Source: Verrucomicrobiota bacterium
GTDB taxonomy: Bacteria > Verrucomicrobiota > Verrucomicrobiia > Limisphaerales > AAA164-E04
Assembly (NCBI GenBank): GCA_047947115.1
Contig: CP170459.1
Span: 2,336,001-2,400,000 of the forward strand
Reading direction: 5' to 3'
Length of the DNA stretch: 64,000 nt
The position numbers were made by a program, and so were the translations under genes. Positions 29,138 to 39,307 of the stretch are shown here, piece by piece. The notes below the pieces were generated by a model, which saw nothing but the letters and a program-made list of their open reading frames with translations, made no database searches and was not told where the DNA came from. Position 1 is the stretch's first letter, and every line of letters starts with the position of its first letter.

Positions 29138-30316
29138 TCATTTATTTTTGCGGAAGAGCCCGCCTTTCTTCTTTTTGTCGTTTTCGATGTCCTCCTCCTT
29201 TTTCAGCCCTTCGACATCTCCGACGAATTGATCCAGTTCTTCCTCGGTGAACGCTTTGCTGGGGAGCTGGGAGTTCTTGGATTCGAGAGCCGTCATTTCA
29301 CCCAACTGGCGAGGATCCTGAACGATATAGGGTGTCAGGAAAATCAAGAGTTCCGTTTTGGTGTCCTCCTTTACTTTGCGACTGAAAGCCCATCCCAGAA
29401 TGGGGATATCGCCCAGAATCGGCACCTTGCGTTTGCTTTCGATTTTATTTTTCTCCATCAAACCCCCGATGATGACCGTGCGGCCATGTGGAGTGACCAC
29501 CACGGTTTCCGCCGCTCTTTTGGCGAAAACAGGAGCTTCAACGCCATCTGAAATCGTGACGCGTTCGTCGGTGATGGTTGAGATTTCGGGCGCAACGATC
29601 ATTTCCACCATGCCGTCCTGGGTAATGAACGGAGTCACACGCAAGATAATCCCGATGTCACGGTAGGTGACGGTGTTGACCTGCTGGCCACCCTGCAGAA
29701 AGTTGACATTGTCGATAAAGGGAACGGTTTGACCGACGGTGATGATGGCTTCCTGGTTGTTGCGGGCGAGAATGGATGGTCGGGACAGAACTTCGACCTT
29801 ACCTGCTTCAGAAATGGCTCGCAATGTGACGTTGAAATCGGAGTCCAGCAATTGGTAAAGACCACCTTGTCCGGGGGTGGCGAGACCGAAGGCCGATTGC
29901 ACGATGTTGGTCGTTGAGCCGGACACTTTATTCCAGGCCCCTTCCATGCCGACATCCAGATCATCCCGATGGGTGACTTCCATGAAGACCACCTTGATGA
30001 GTACCTGAGGCTTGGGGCGGTCCAATGTTTTCAGTACCTGGTCAATCTGCAGGTTGGTGTCTTCGTCCGTGATGACGATCACGGAGCGGGTTTCAGGATC
30101 CACTTCGATCAGGGCTTCGCCGACCTGGGTGGCGTTTTGATACTGTCGGGTCTGCTGATTCCCCAAACCACCGCCGAACCCTCCAAACTGGGCATGTAAC
30201 GAAACCAGTCCGGTAGTCAGTAATGCGACGATGGCGGTGGTGATCCACCCTTTCCCTGTGATGCAATCAAAACCCTCTGCCTGAGGGGGAGTGTTGTTGT
30301 CTTTCAATAAATTCAT
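29138..30316 (-). CDS. gspD: type II secretion secretin, C-terminal (barrel) half with own signal peptide
   Basis: LDRPKPQVLIKVVFMEV, LSRPSILARNNQEA, DIGIILRVTP, VPILGDIPILG and ELLIFLTP motifs. Confidence 0.9.
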   Translation of the reverse strand: MNLLKDNNTPPQAEGFDCITGKGWITTAIVALLTTGLVSLHAQFGGFGGGLGNQQTRQYQNATQVGEALIEVDPETRSVIVITDEDTNLQIDQVLKTLDRPKPQVLIKVVFMEVTHRDDLDVGMEGAWNKVSGSTTNIVQSAFGLATPGQGGLYQLLDSDFNVTLRAISEAGKVEVLSRPSILARNNQEAIITVGQTVPFIDNVNFLQGGQQVNTVTYRDIGIILRVTPFITQDGMVEMIVAPEISTITDERVTISDGVEAPVFAKRAAETVVVTPHGRTVIIGGLMEKNKIESKRKVPILGDIPILGWAFSRKVKEDTKTELLIFLTPYIVQDPRQLGEMTALESKNSQLPSKAFTEEELDQFVGDVEGLKKEEDIENDKKKKGGLFRKNK

Positions 30317-30366
30317 TCTCAATTCCTCTGTCGTTTTAAGACTCGACCAAACCGTTCAGGGTTGGA

Positions 30367-31893
30367 TCAATTGTTTCCCTGACCGCCGCCCAGACCGAAG
30401 TTTTGTTGATTGACGGAGCGATTGTTCAGCGGATTGTTGTTGTTGTTGCCGCTTCGGTTGGCGTTGTTTCGGTTGTTGATGTTACTGCTTTGTGATTCGA
30501 ACATGCCACGCAGAATGGTGGCCACATTGTCGACATCGGCGTTGTCCAGAGAGTAAACATAGACTTTTTGTTTCTTCGAAGAATCGGAATCAAGTTGCTC
30601 GATCATGCGCTCGATCTGATCCATCAGGTTGGCTGCTGCCGTGACAATGAGCGCATTGGTGCGGGGGTCGGCCACCGCGGTCACGGTGGTCATCGCTTGA
30701 GCACGGGAACTTTCAGTGGTATTCGGGGTGCTGCCTCCCCGGCTGCTGCCAAAGCCACCGCCAAACGCCGAACGTCCGAAACGGAAGCCCCCACGTGATT
30801 GGTTGTTGTTGTTGCTCTGGCCGTTCGCATCGAAGAGGTCGGAGAGAATTTGTGACATCTCGTAGGCATCGGCGTGCTTGAGCGGGAACACCCTCAGTTC
30901 GGTAATGTCGTCCACGTTCTGATCAATTTCTGATACAAGTTGATCGATCGTTGGCATGTATTCTTCGGGCGCACTCACGACGAGTGCATTGGCTCGTTCA
31001 TCGGCCACCGCCACCACACGGGATGCAGCCTGCAACGCTTCGCTGTCGCCATCACCTCCACGACTTGATCCACGACCGGAATCGCCCCCTCGATCACCAC
31101 CCCCAAACCGTCCTGGAAACCCGCCGAAACCTCCGCGACTGCTGCCACGGGAGCTGTTGCGAGAATTGCTCTGAGGCGTTTCGAAGAGATCCTTCACTAT
31201 CTTGGCCAGTTCCGTGGCGTCGGAGTAGCGCAGGGGGTATACCTTGATTTGGGATATTCCTGAAATGCTAGTGTCCAGTGCACGGATGATTTCCGCGACA
31301 CGGCGAATGCTGTTTTCTGTTCCGGTCAATACGATGGCGTTGCTGCTTTCGTTGGCGGTCATGCTGGCTTCGCTTGGAAGAAGCGGTTCCAGGTTTTGAA
31401 TCAGATCGACAGCTCCGGTGTAGCGTACCGGGATGATCTGGGTGACCATGCGGTCCGATTGAGGGATTTCGGCGGGATCGTTGCCGCTGCGCACTGGGAT
31501 GTTTTCCTTGTGGGCATCACTTTTGGCCACGATCTTCAGTGTGTTGCCTACTCTGACGGCGGTGTAACCTTTTTCGATCAGGATGGAATCCAGAAGCGAA
31601 ACCGCCTCGGCTTTGCTGAGTGGTTTGTTGTTCCAAACACTCACCGTGCCCGACACATCCACTTCGGCAATGATGGCGAAACCGGCGGCTTCGCTCATGT
31701 AATCCAGCACCATTTCTAGTGGGACATTCCGAAAGTTCATGCGCAGACCTTCTCCGGCGGGTTCTTCGCTGGCGGGAGTTGTGGTATTTGTGAGGGGCTC
31801 CGCGTTTTGAGCGAGCAGGATGCCACTGTTCAAAAGCAGGCAGCAGCAGAAAGCCCAGTGAAGGGCAAATGGGTGTGTTTTGGTTGTTTTCAT
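30367..31893 (-). CDS. gspD: secretin N-terminal (N0-N3/NolW repeat) protein without barrel domain
   Basis: MNFRNVPL N0, TQIIPVRY, YPLRYSDA, FPLKHADA and ADERANALVV repeats; G/R/S- and N-rich linkers. Confidence 0.85.
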   Translation of the reverse strand: MKTTKTHPFALHWAFCCCLLLNSGILLAQNAEPLTNTTTPASEEPAGEGLRMNFRNVPLEMVLDYMSEAAGFAIIAEVDVSGTVSVWNNKPLSKAEAVSLLDSILIEKGYTAVRVGNTLKIVAKSDAHKENIPVRSGNDPAEIPQSDRMVTQIIPVRYTGAVDLIQNLEPLLPSEASMTANESSNAIVLTGTENSIRRVAEIIRALDTSISGISQIKVYPLRYSDATELAKIVKDLFETPQSNSRNSSRGSSRGGFGGFPGRFGGGDRGGDSGRGSSRGGDGDSEALQAASRVVAVADERANALVVSAPEEYMPTIDQLVSEIDQNVDDITELRVFPLKHADAYEMSQILSDLFDANGQSNNNNQSRGGFRFGRSAFGGGFGSSRGGSTPNTTESSRAQAMTTVTAVADPRTNALIVTAAANLMDQIERMIEQLDSDSSKKQKVYVYSLDNADVDNVATILRGMFESQSSNINNRNNANRSGNNNNNPLNNRSVNQQNFGLGGGQGNN

Positions 31894-32642
31894 TGTCCCT
31901 GAGATTGTCTTCTACGTTCCATCATTTGTTTTATAATATCGTTGGCTTCCAGATCGGCTGCCGGTGCGTCTTTCCCGGAAACCTCGTTTTCGGAACCAAC
32001 ATCACTGCGTCGAGAACCAAAGCTTCTTCCCGAATCCGAACGGCGGGAACTGCCCGACCAGTCGGCTCTGGATTGTGTGCTCCAGGGGGCGTCACCGCGT
32101 TTTGCCCGGGCGGCGCCGACAGTCAGTTCGATCGATTCCCCATTCCAGTCGAGTTCAATTGTTTCAAATCCAACCTTGGTCAACTTGTGACCGGCGACCG
32201 TTTCACCCATTTTTACGGCACCTGCCCATTCACTGTCTGTTCCGTCAAAAAAAGCCAGTTGTTTGTCAGAATAAAACATGGTGCCCAACAGGGTAAACGA
32301 TTCTTCACGCGGCGGCTCCGGGGGACGCTCTCGTCTTTGTTCTCTTGGTCCACGTCGGTCTGGATCGAATATATTCCGGTCCAGAATCAGTTTGAACGAC
32401 TCGAATTCGGCCGCCGAGTGGGCGTCGCTCTTTTCTGTTGCACCCTTGATGACACCACTTTGTTCGGTTGTCTCCATGACGGTTTCCACGGTAATAGACG
32501 CGTCATCGGTCGATTTGGTTTCATCGGATTGTGCCTGAGCGGACAGGCAGGAGATCAAGGCCAGGATCAAACAGCAGATTTCAATGCAGCCAGGTTTGGT
32601 TTGTGGCTTTGGGTTCATGGAGGATGTTGGTTCGTTGCTCAT
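31890..32642 (-). CDS. T2SS accessory protein (GspC-like position)
   Basis: N-terminal hydrophobic segment and RNIFDP / LLGT HR-like region; overlaps neighbours in the operon. Confidence 0.65.
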   Translation of the reverse strand: MSNEPTSSMNPKPQTKPGCIEICCLILALISCLSAQAQSDETKSTDDASITVETVMETTEQSGVIKGATEKSDAHSAAEFESFKLILDRNIFDPDRRGPREQRRERPPEPPREESFTLLGTMFYSDKQLAFFDGTDSEWAGAVKMGETVAGHKLTKVGFETIELDWNGESIELTVGAARAKRGDAPWSTQSRADWSGSSRRSDSGRSFGSRRSDVGSENEVSGKDAPAADLEANDIIKQMMERRRQSQGQ

Positions 32643-33172
32643 TGCAGGGCCTCCGGCAGCAATAATCCGCTGAAGTTTAAATTCATACCCAGGCTTTCGC
32701 CTTTTTCGTCTCGTTGGGAAAGTTCCAGCGTGTCCACTTTCAATGCCAATGGATCGGATTCAAGAGCATGGACAAACCGGGCAATCATTTCAAGATCGCC
32801 ATAACCGTTGGCCCGGCATTCGAGCAAAAGGTGTCCTTTGTCGGATGTGCGCCAGGTTGGTTTGATGGAGGTGAAGCTGATCCTGCTTTCCTTTGCCCAG
32901 CGATCCACTGATTCCAGGATCTTATTTTCAGAAGAGGATTTCGAGATGGGGATCCCTCCACGCCACATGAGGGCCCATTTCTTGCGGATGGAGGATTCGC
33001 GTTCCATGAGCGCTCTTCCGCGCACGACCTGTTTGTCCAGCTCCTCGATGCGGGTGGCACGATCTTTCCAGGCTTCCATCATCGGACCTAGGATAAACTT
33101 GTCGCCAAACAGCACGACCACTGCCGTGACCGCAGCGACCAAAAGTAACTTTTCTCGATTGGCTTCGTTCAT
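32639..33172 (-). CDS. T2SS GspM/PilO-like protein
   Basis: REK + TM + coiled coil + ferredoxin-like tail; ATGA overlap with the upstream gene. Confidence 0.7.
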   Translation of the reverse strand: MNEANREKLLLVAAVTAVVVLFGDKFILGPMMEAWKDRATRIEELDKQVVRGRALMERESSIRKKWALMWRGGIPISKSSSENKILESVDRWAKESRISFTSIKPTWRTSDKGHLLLECRANGYGDLEMIARFVHALESDPLALKVDTLELSQRDEKGESLGMNLNFSGLLLPEALQ

Positions 33173-34530
33173 TGGTTTGATTCTTCCCAGCGGTATCTGA
33201 ATGAAAAACTTAATTGTTTGTCCTCCCTGACCTGATCCACACGCAGATCTTTGACTTCGGGGGATTCCTGTAGTTTTTTTCGCATGTCCAACCAAGCCTG
33301 GTTACTTCTGGCGTATCCGGAACAAATAACCGTGGACGGTTCCCGGATATCCAAGTCCTTGACCCAGACGTCACCCCGTTCAGGAAAAGCTTCGGTGAGG
33401 TGTTTTATCAGTTTCAATGTAGGGATGGTTTCATCAAACCATGGCCGGTAAAGCCGGATGCGATTCTGGAGTTCTTCCAGTTCGCCGACCTGTACTTCCA
33501 TGGCCTTCCATTCTTCGTCCAAGCCTTGAAGCTTTTGTCCCTGCCAGAAGAACAAGAGTCCGATGATCAAGGCCGCTGCCGTGGCGCCCCCACCGATCCA
33601 CTTGTTGCGTCCGGTGGATATTCGCTGGCTCCACTCCTGAAAAGGGCTGACTTTGGGGGGGAGGAATTCGAATGGATTGGAACGATTCAGTAAAAAATCG
33701 GAAGCCAGGTCCAGGGCGTTGGAGTTCTGGTTGGACAATGACGTGGGCTTGAGGTTCAGTCGATCGGCGACTTCCTGCAAGGCTTCTTTGAATTCGTCGC
33801 CCTTTTGAGTGTCTTGAAAGTAAAAGCAACTTTTGAGGGCTCCCTGCAAATCGGCGCTGAGTTCACCCACGCTGATTTTTATTTCACGTGCGATCTGTTT
33901 TGCGCTATCGGTTTCGTTCAGCGAACGTGCCATGGCGAGGCGGTTTCCGCACACTGCCAGCAGGTCAAAGCCTGACGGGGTTGGAATGAGGCACAGGGCG
34001 TTGGCATCAGGAAGTGCCTTCAAAAACGTGGCGCCTCCGCAACTGACCGACCAGCTCAATGGTTTGAGCCGGGCCGTTTCCATGATGCGGTTCAAGTGGT
34101 CGAGGCGCGCGCTTGGCAGGGCGCCCATCAACGCATGTGGTTTATGAGAGGGGGAAGTAAAGACGGATCGGGAAATGCTGAGTTCGTCGACGGGAAATGG
34201 GAACTCGCGTTCGGCGTGGGTTTCAAAGAAAAACTCCAGATCCTCACCTTCCAGTTCGGGGATTTCAGTCCTGCTGGTAAAGAGCCATCCAATCGGCAGG
34301 GAACCAATGCATTGTTTCTCCCTGATGCCTGCGCTTTCCAACGCATCGCGCAGTTTTGTTCCGATTGTTTCCGGATTTTCCTTGAACAGATCTTCCGGCA
34401 ATTCGACAAAGCCCGTGCCTTCGCTGCGGCAGGTGTTGCCGCTTTTGCGGACATACTCAAACCGAAGCGTTTGATAGCCCCAGTCCAGACTCACCACCGA
34501 AGTGGGTTTCTTTTTTTTCCAACCGATCAT
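33169..34530 (-). CDS. T2SS GspL/PilM-PilN-like protein
   Basis: Actin-like N region (SLDWG, EFPFP), FEFLPP, TM, coiled coil and PilN-like tail. Confidence 0.75.
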   Translation of the reverse strand: MIGWKKKKPTSVVSLDWGYQTLRFEYVRKSGNTCRSEGTGFVELPEDLFKENPETIGTKLRDALESAGIREKQCIGSLPIGWLFTSRTEIPELEGEDLEFFFETHAEREFPFPVDELSISRSVFTSPSHKPHALMGALPSARLDHLNRIMETARLKPLSWSVSCGGATFLKALPDANALCLIPTPSGFDLLAVCGNRLAMARSLNETDSAKQIAREIKISVGELSADLQGALKSCFYFQDTQKGDEFKEALQEVADRLNLKPTSLSNQNSNALDLASDFLLNRSNPFEFLPPKVSPFQEWSQRISTGRNKWIGGGATAAALIIGLLFFWQGQKLQGLDEEWKAMEVQVGELEELQNRIRLYRPWFDETIPTLKLIKHLTEAFPERGDVWVKDLDIREPSTVICSGYARSNQAWLDMRKKLQESPEVKDLRVDQVREDKQLSFSFRYRWEESNQ

Positions 34531-35753
34531 CGTTGACGTTGTTGTTGCACGTATTGCTTTAGTTCTTCTCGCAGGTTCGTCCCCAAAGCCCAACCTTGTC
34601 GGGCCAGGTCCTTTCGGAAAATCACTACGGGTTCTTCCCCGCTGGTGTCGACCACAAACTGTGTGCGACGAAATCCCCGGCCGTTTTTGCCGACAGCAGC
34701 CACATCCACCATGAACCGCTGACTGGATCCTGCGAAATATTCCTGAGCCTCGGTCAAATCTCCATCGCCGACGGCGTCACTGACCCAGCCCGTATCGGAA
34801 CCCAGGCCGGCCTGAGTGGACCTGTAGGAGACCAGCTGTTGAGCTTTGGCCTGGTCCATCCCGGGGAGGCAGGCCAGCACGGCTGCGCTGGCTGTGTTGA
34901 CATTGACTTTGAGGGTGGGTTCATCCCCTTGAATGTTGATATTATTGGGGGGATTTTGATCCGGTTGGTTGGTGCCCCCGTTAGTATTTCCCTGACCTTG
35001 GTCGTTGTTTTCCTCGGGGAATTTACTGAACACGGTCACGTATTCCGACAACCCGAAATCGAGTGTGCCGTTCTGATTGTCCATTGGCGGTGTGGCGTTG
35101 CCGTCGTTTTCATTGGGGTCCAGGATGCCGTTCATGTTGGCATCCTCGCCATAAACAAGAACAGGGGAGGCTCCGTAAACCATCATGAGCTCGTCCACGG
35201 TGTCGAACGGGGCGTTTTTGATTTGTCGGGATGGGATCATGCGGACGTAAACGTCTCCTTCGGCCCCGCCTTCGCTGACCTCCTCGTCCTCGTCACGCCA
35301 ATCGATGATGGCCGCCGCGAATTCGGGTGTCATGTTAGGCAGGTTTTCCAACATTTCCTGTGTGGCCAGGTTCAGGTCCAGTTTAGCGCCTTCATCCGTC
35401 AGTACGAATTCGGGGACGGTTGCATAAGCGTTTTGGGCGCCCCGGCCGATATACCAGTAAAGCGCTTCGCCCACAGTGCTGCGTTCGCGTGAGTAAGTGT
35501 TTGATTCCGGCAGCACGCCCTCTTCATCCGCATTGGCAAGGAGGTGCATCGCATATCTTAGGGCGCCATCAATGGCCTGTTCCGCCTGAAGACCTTCGTA
35601 GTAGTTTTCCGCCGCCCTGAATTCGAAATACATGGAATGCGAGAAGTAAAGCGTGACGCTGACCAATCCGAGTGCGACCCACATGACAATAATGAGGACC
35701 GAACCTTCGGTTCGACCTTGCTTGCGGTTTGTCATGGATGTTCGCTTTGTCAT
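34527..35753 (-). CDS. gspK: T2SS minor pseudopilin GspK
   Basis: GSVLIIVMW prepilin-like start, DEGAKLDLN, AIIDWRD, KNAPFDTVDEL and VNVNTAS motifs. Confidence 0.9.
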   Translation of the reverse strand: MTKRTSMTNRKQGRTEGSVLIIVMWVALGLVSVTLYFSHSMYFEFRAAENYYEGLQAEQAIDGALRYAMHLLANADEEGVLPESNTYSRERSTVGEALYWYIGRGAQNAYATVPEFVLTDEGAKLDLNLATQEMLENLPNMTPEFAAAIIDWRDEDEEVSEGGAEGDVYVRMIPSRQIKNAPFDTVDELMMVYGASPVLVYGEDANMNGILDPNENDGNATPPMDNQNGTLDFGLSEYVTVFSKFPEENNDQGQGNTNGGTNQPDQNPPNNINIQGDEPTLKVNVNTASAAVLACLPGMDQAKAQQLVSYRSTQAGLGSDTGWVSDAVGDGDLTEAQEYFAGSSQRFMVDVAAVGKNGRGFRRTQFVVDTSGEEPVVIFRKDLARQGWALGTNLREELKQYVQQQRQR

Positions 35754-36513
35754 TCAGTGTCATGTCACTTCCATCCACATAATGGAGGAAGGTAACTAGA
35801 GCAGACGTTGTGGCACAAATTTCGGTTACATTTCATTCACTTGGTCTCGTTAAAAAGTTCAGTTCCTGTCTGTATGCTTGATGGGGTCCTATTGGCTCTG
35901 TAGCAATGAGTTTTGAATAAGGGTCTGGTTTTCCTGCAGTTGGTTCACTCCGGTTGAAAGTTGGTCCAGCGTTTTGCTGATATTGGCAATATCGTCGTAA
36001 AGGCTTTCAATGGAAGTGTTTAGTTGGTTGGAAAGTTCCATTAATTCCGATATTCTGGTTGCGTGGGTGCTGGCTTCGTTTTGGATGGTTGAAAGTTGCA
36101 ATTGCACTTCATTGTCCATGATCTCCACTGCCTCGATCAGCATGTCGACCAATTCCTGATTGGTGGTTGCTTTGCTCAAGGCTTGTCTAGCCGCCCCCGG
36201 AACGATCATGTTGGTGGAGGTCAGGATGAATTCGGATGTTGTGGTTGGCCTGTTCTTGATGGCGATGACCTCTTTCTTGAGCCCAATGACCATGTAACCC
36301 AGATACATGTTCATCAAAAGCAGGATTGCCAGCATGCCAAGCGTCCATGGTGGGTTGTTCCCTTGTGCATGGCTTGAGATCCGACTGGATACTTGTGTTG
36401 AGGGATGTTTTGCGTGGCCAAGGTGTTCGGCGAGTTGAGAAAACCAGACTTGGTTTCCACAATCCGGACAAGCGCACGTGCTCCCTTCCTTTTCCTGTGG
36501 GTATTCAATGATC

Positions 36514-38045
36514 GCCTCTTCTTCAGAATCTGTGGGTAAATTTAGGTTCGGGTAGTTCACCCATTGTGTGAAAAAGGGCTATTTTAAGCACTTCAAAGCT
36601 ACGATAGCCGTAGGCTTTTCTGGTAGTCAGATTTATTTTGCGGTTCAAACCCTCAACAACTCCCGACGAAATAGTCTTTTTGGCCCTGAACCAATTCAGG
36701 ATCAGCGGCTGATGTTTTCGTAGGCTGCTGGCAAATTTCTTGATGGGTTCCAGACGTGAGCGCATAGCTCTGGTGCACCACTTGTTCAAATACCACTCAG
36801 CCCAATATGGGCTAGTGTAATTCCAAAAGAACTCAAATGCTTCTTTGAGCAAAAATGCCCGAACACTTTTCAGATCATACTGGAGGACTTCCTCCAGCTT
36901 AATCTTTTGATTGGGCGTGAGGTTCTCACGACGTTTGAGAAAGCAGTATTTGGTGTGTTTAAGCACTTCCTGGTATCCGTCCTGACGCATCTTACGCGCT
37001 TCGACCGCCCTGACTTCATTGATTGCTTTGTTCAGATTGGCTACGATATGGAAGCGATCCAACACGTGGAGGGCGTGTTCGAGTTTTTCCTTAATCACAT
37101 TGAGATAAGGTTTCCACATGTCCGAACAAACAAATTGAATGGACTCAAGTTGCTTTTGAGTGAGGATCTTAAAAAAATCCCGAAGGGATTGCTCGGTTCT
37201 CTCCTTGGTGACGCTTAACAATCGGCGCGTGCCTTGATCTATCTGGTAAACCACCGTCAGATACTTTTGCCCCTTTCCAAAATGCACCTCATCAACTCCG
37301 ATGGCATTAATATCGTCCAAACTCCTGTGCTTCAAGCCGTATTCAACAATGGAAGCAACGGACCGATACACCGATTGCCAACTGACTTCAAAGGTCTGGG
37401 CAACTTCTTTCCATGAAAGTTTCCGAGCCCACTGTGCAAGGAAGTGTTCCATGACACAGGTTATCCGGCTTTTTCCTTTGGCCCAAGGAACCGATTCGAT
37501 GACAACACCGTCATTGGGGCAGTTAACTCTTCGCATCCGGTATTCAAGAAACACCGGCCACCCCCATAAGGGGATGAATCGAAACTTTCGTTTTCCAGGA
37601 CGATGGTCATAGGTGGAAGCACTACGATTGCACTTTGAACATACTGGGCGGCTGTTTTGCCGTGGTTCAACGCTTACGACAATAGCTTCGACTCCTTCAA
37701 CTTCCTGGAAGCATGCTTGGCGATAGACAAAGGATTTGAATTTATGGCAACGATTGAGCAAGGTTTTCAACAGCATCGGCAATCTTTGACGAGGTTTGTT
37801 TTGGCGACGCCATGTTGAGGAGATTGCCGATGCTTTTCGAATAAAAATCCTCTGGGTTTTTCTTGGAGAAAAACCACACCACCCGTAGGCCCTCTCGCGT
37901 CGTGGAAGTCCAGGAAAACATCATATAAGTGCCGAAGGCCGACTCCGCGTCAGCGGGGGAGTTATGCTGATGTTTTACTGGACTGGAACAGAGCGATAGG
38001 GCATCCCGACGTGCTCAATTTACCCACTCTTTTTTGAGAAGACCC
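36514..38045 (-). mobile_element. ISL3-family insertion sequence, 1532 bp
   Basis: Imperfect IRs GGGTCTTCT...GTGGGTAAATT / GCCTCTTCT...GTGGGTAAATT; 8-bp duplication CAATGATC at 36506-36513 and 38046-38053. Confidence 0.93.
36523..37776 (-). CDS. ISL3 transposase
   Basis: CSKC/CPND Zn finger, IGVDE, CSDMWKPY, DRFHIV, EGLN and AYGYRS motifs. Confidence 0.95.
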   Translation of the reverse strand: MLLKTLLNRCHKFKSFVYRQACFQEVEGVEAIVVSVEPRQNSRPVCSKCNRSASTYDHRPGKRKFRFIPLWGWPVFLEYRMRRVNCPNDGVVIESVPWAKGKSRITCVMEHFLAQWARKLSWKEVAQTFEVSWQSVYRSVASIVEYGLKHRSLDDINAIGVDEVHFGKGQKYLTVVYQIDQGTRRLLSVTKERTEQSLRDFFKILTQKQLESIQFVCSDMWKPYLNVIKEKLEHALHVLDRFHIVANLNKAINEVRAVEARKMRQDGYQEVLKHTKYCFLKRRENLTPNQKIKLEEVLQYDLKSVRAFLLKEAFEFFWNYTSPYWAEWYLNKWCTRAMRSRLEPIKKFASSLRKHQPLILNWFRAKKTISSGVVEGLNRKINLTTRKAYGYRSFEVLKIALFHTMGELPEPKFTHRF

Positions 38046-38114
38046 CAATGATCTTACCGCAGGCATTGCAATGGACACTGTTGAATTCACTCATGCGAAA
38101 AAGGGCCGTCGTGA

Positions 38115-38882
38115 TTACCGGCCATTAGTATTGTTGTCTGTTTGAGTCGTTCCATCTTCGGATTCCTCTTCGATTTGAGGTGTTGCCAGGAGGGCTACGG
38201 TGGTTTGGAGCGACGGGTAGGGTATGTTGTTGGGGCGGTTGGCCAATTGGCCGTTGGCGTCTTCCCTCAGAAACTCGACCCTGACACGCACGGCTTTCGG
38301 TAATTTGCTTTCGTCCACGGTGGAATCCCAGGTTTCCTGCCAGTATTCACCGTCGTAGTATTGGAATTTCAAGGATGCGATTTCATTGGCAATGGCCTGG
38401 GGATTGACGATGGAATCGGTGGTCGGAAGAAGATTGCGTGTCACTTCCCGATACAGGGTATACCCTTCCGCCATTTCACTCCGGCCTTCGTAGATGGGTT
38501 GTTGGAGATAATACCGGACTTTCTGCAGATGGCCCCAGGGTTGATTGGTCTGGATGATGCCGGAAGCGGTGTAGAATTCCAGTTGATCGGTGCGTGTCAT
38601 CGCACCACTGACGGTTTCTCCCCGGAATTCCTGTGCGAAGGTGGTTTCCTTGAGCATGCATTGTTTCAGATCCGATTCGATGATTTCCATGATGCGCATG
38701 CGGGTGTTCAATTGGTCCATGCGCTTCTGGCCGCGTTCCCTCATCTCCATGGATTCCATGAGGGTGACTTTGATGACCAACACAATCATGGCAAATGCCA
38801 CACTCGCCACCAGTAGCTCCATCAATGTGAAACCCGAGCGCGTTGAACGTGAGGAAGAGCCTTTTGGAATGTTGGTTTTCAT
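38115..38882 (-). CDS. gspJ: T2SS minor pseudopilin GspJ
   Basis: GFTLMELL, QKVRYYL and LKFQYYDG..WQETWDS...LPKAVRV motifs. Confidence 0.88.
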   Translation of the reverse strand: MKTNIPKGSSSRSTRSGFTLMELLVASVAFAMIVLVIKVTLMESMEMRERGQKRMDQLNTRMRIMEIIESDLKQCMLKETTFAQEFRGETVSGAMTRTDQLEFYTASGIIQTNQPWGHLQKVRYYLQQPIYEGRSEMAEGYTLYREVTRNLLPTTDSIVNPQAIANEIASLKFQYYDGEYWQETWDSTVDESKLPKAVRVRVEFLREDANGQLANRPNNIPYPSLQTTVALLATPQIEEESEDGTTQTDNNTNGR

Positions 38883-39307
38883 TGTTGGTTGTCATCCACC
38901 AGAGTGGCGAGCTGGACGCGGCGACTCTGCCCCTGAACCGGGTAAGTGACAACGAGGGTCAATTGCTGCATGTCGTCCTGATCCCAACCCGATTGAATCA
39001 GTTCCCATTCGTAAAGTTCATGGTCCGGAGCAAAATTGCCCCGGCTGCCTGCCTGACGCCACTGGTCGGTGGCAATCAATTCCGTCAACATGCTGTTGGC
39101 CAGATGCGCGGCGATGCGTTTGCGTTCCGCTGTAACGGAAGCACGATTGGCAAGAACCAGGCCCTGCATGACGACCGGCAGCAGAATGGCCATGAAGATC
39201 ATCGCTGCCAGCACTTCGGCGAAGGTGAATCCCGCCTCGTGCCTTCGATCAATACGACATGAGCTGGTCTTGTGCCAGAAGGTCGTTTTGGATAACGAGC
39301 ATTTCAT
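38879..39307 (-). CDS. gspI: T2SS minor pseudopilin GspI
   Basis: GFTFAEVLAAM prepilin motif; position between gspH and gspJ. Confidence 0.8.
   Translation of the reverse strand: MKCSLSKTTFWHKTSSCRIDRRHEAGFTFAEVLAAMIFMAILLPVVMQGLVLANRASVTAERKRIAAHLANSMLTELIATDQWRQAGSRGNFAPDHELYEWELIQSGWDQDDMQQLTLVVTYPVQGQSRRVQLATLVDDNQQ

Larger units (their letters stand above)
35889..38094 (-). pseudogene. Zn-ribbon + TM + coiled-coil protein interrupted by ISL3
   Basis: ATG 38094 gives MSEFNSVHCNACGKII, which rejoins EYPQEKEGSTCACPDCGN after removal of the IS and one duplication. Confidence 0.85.
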
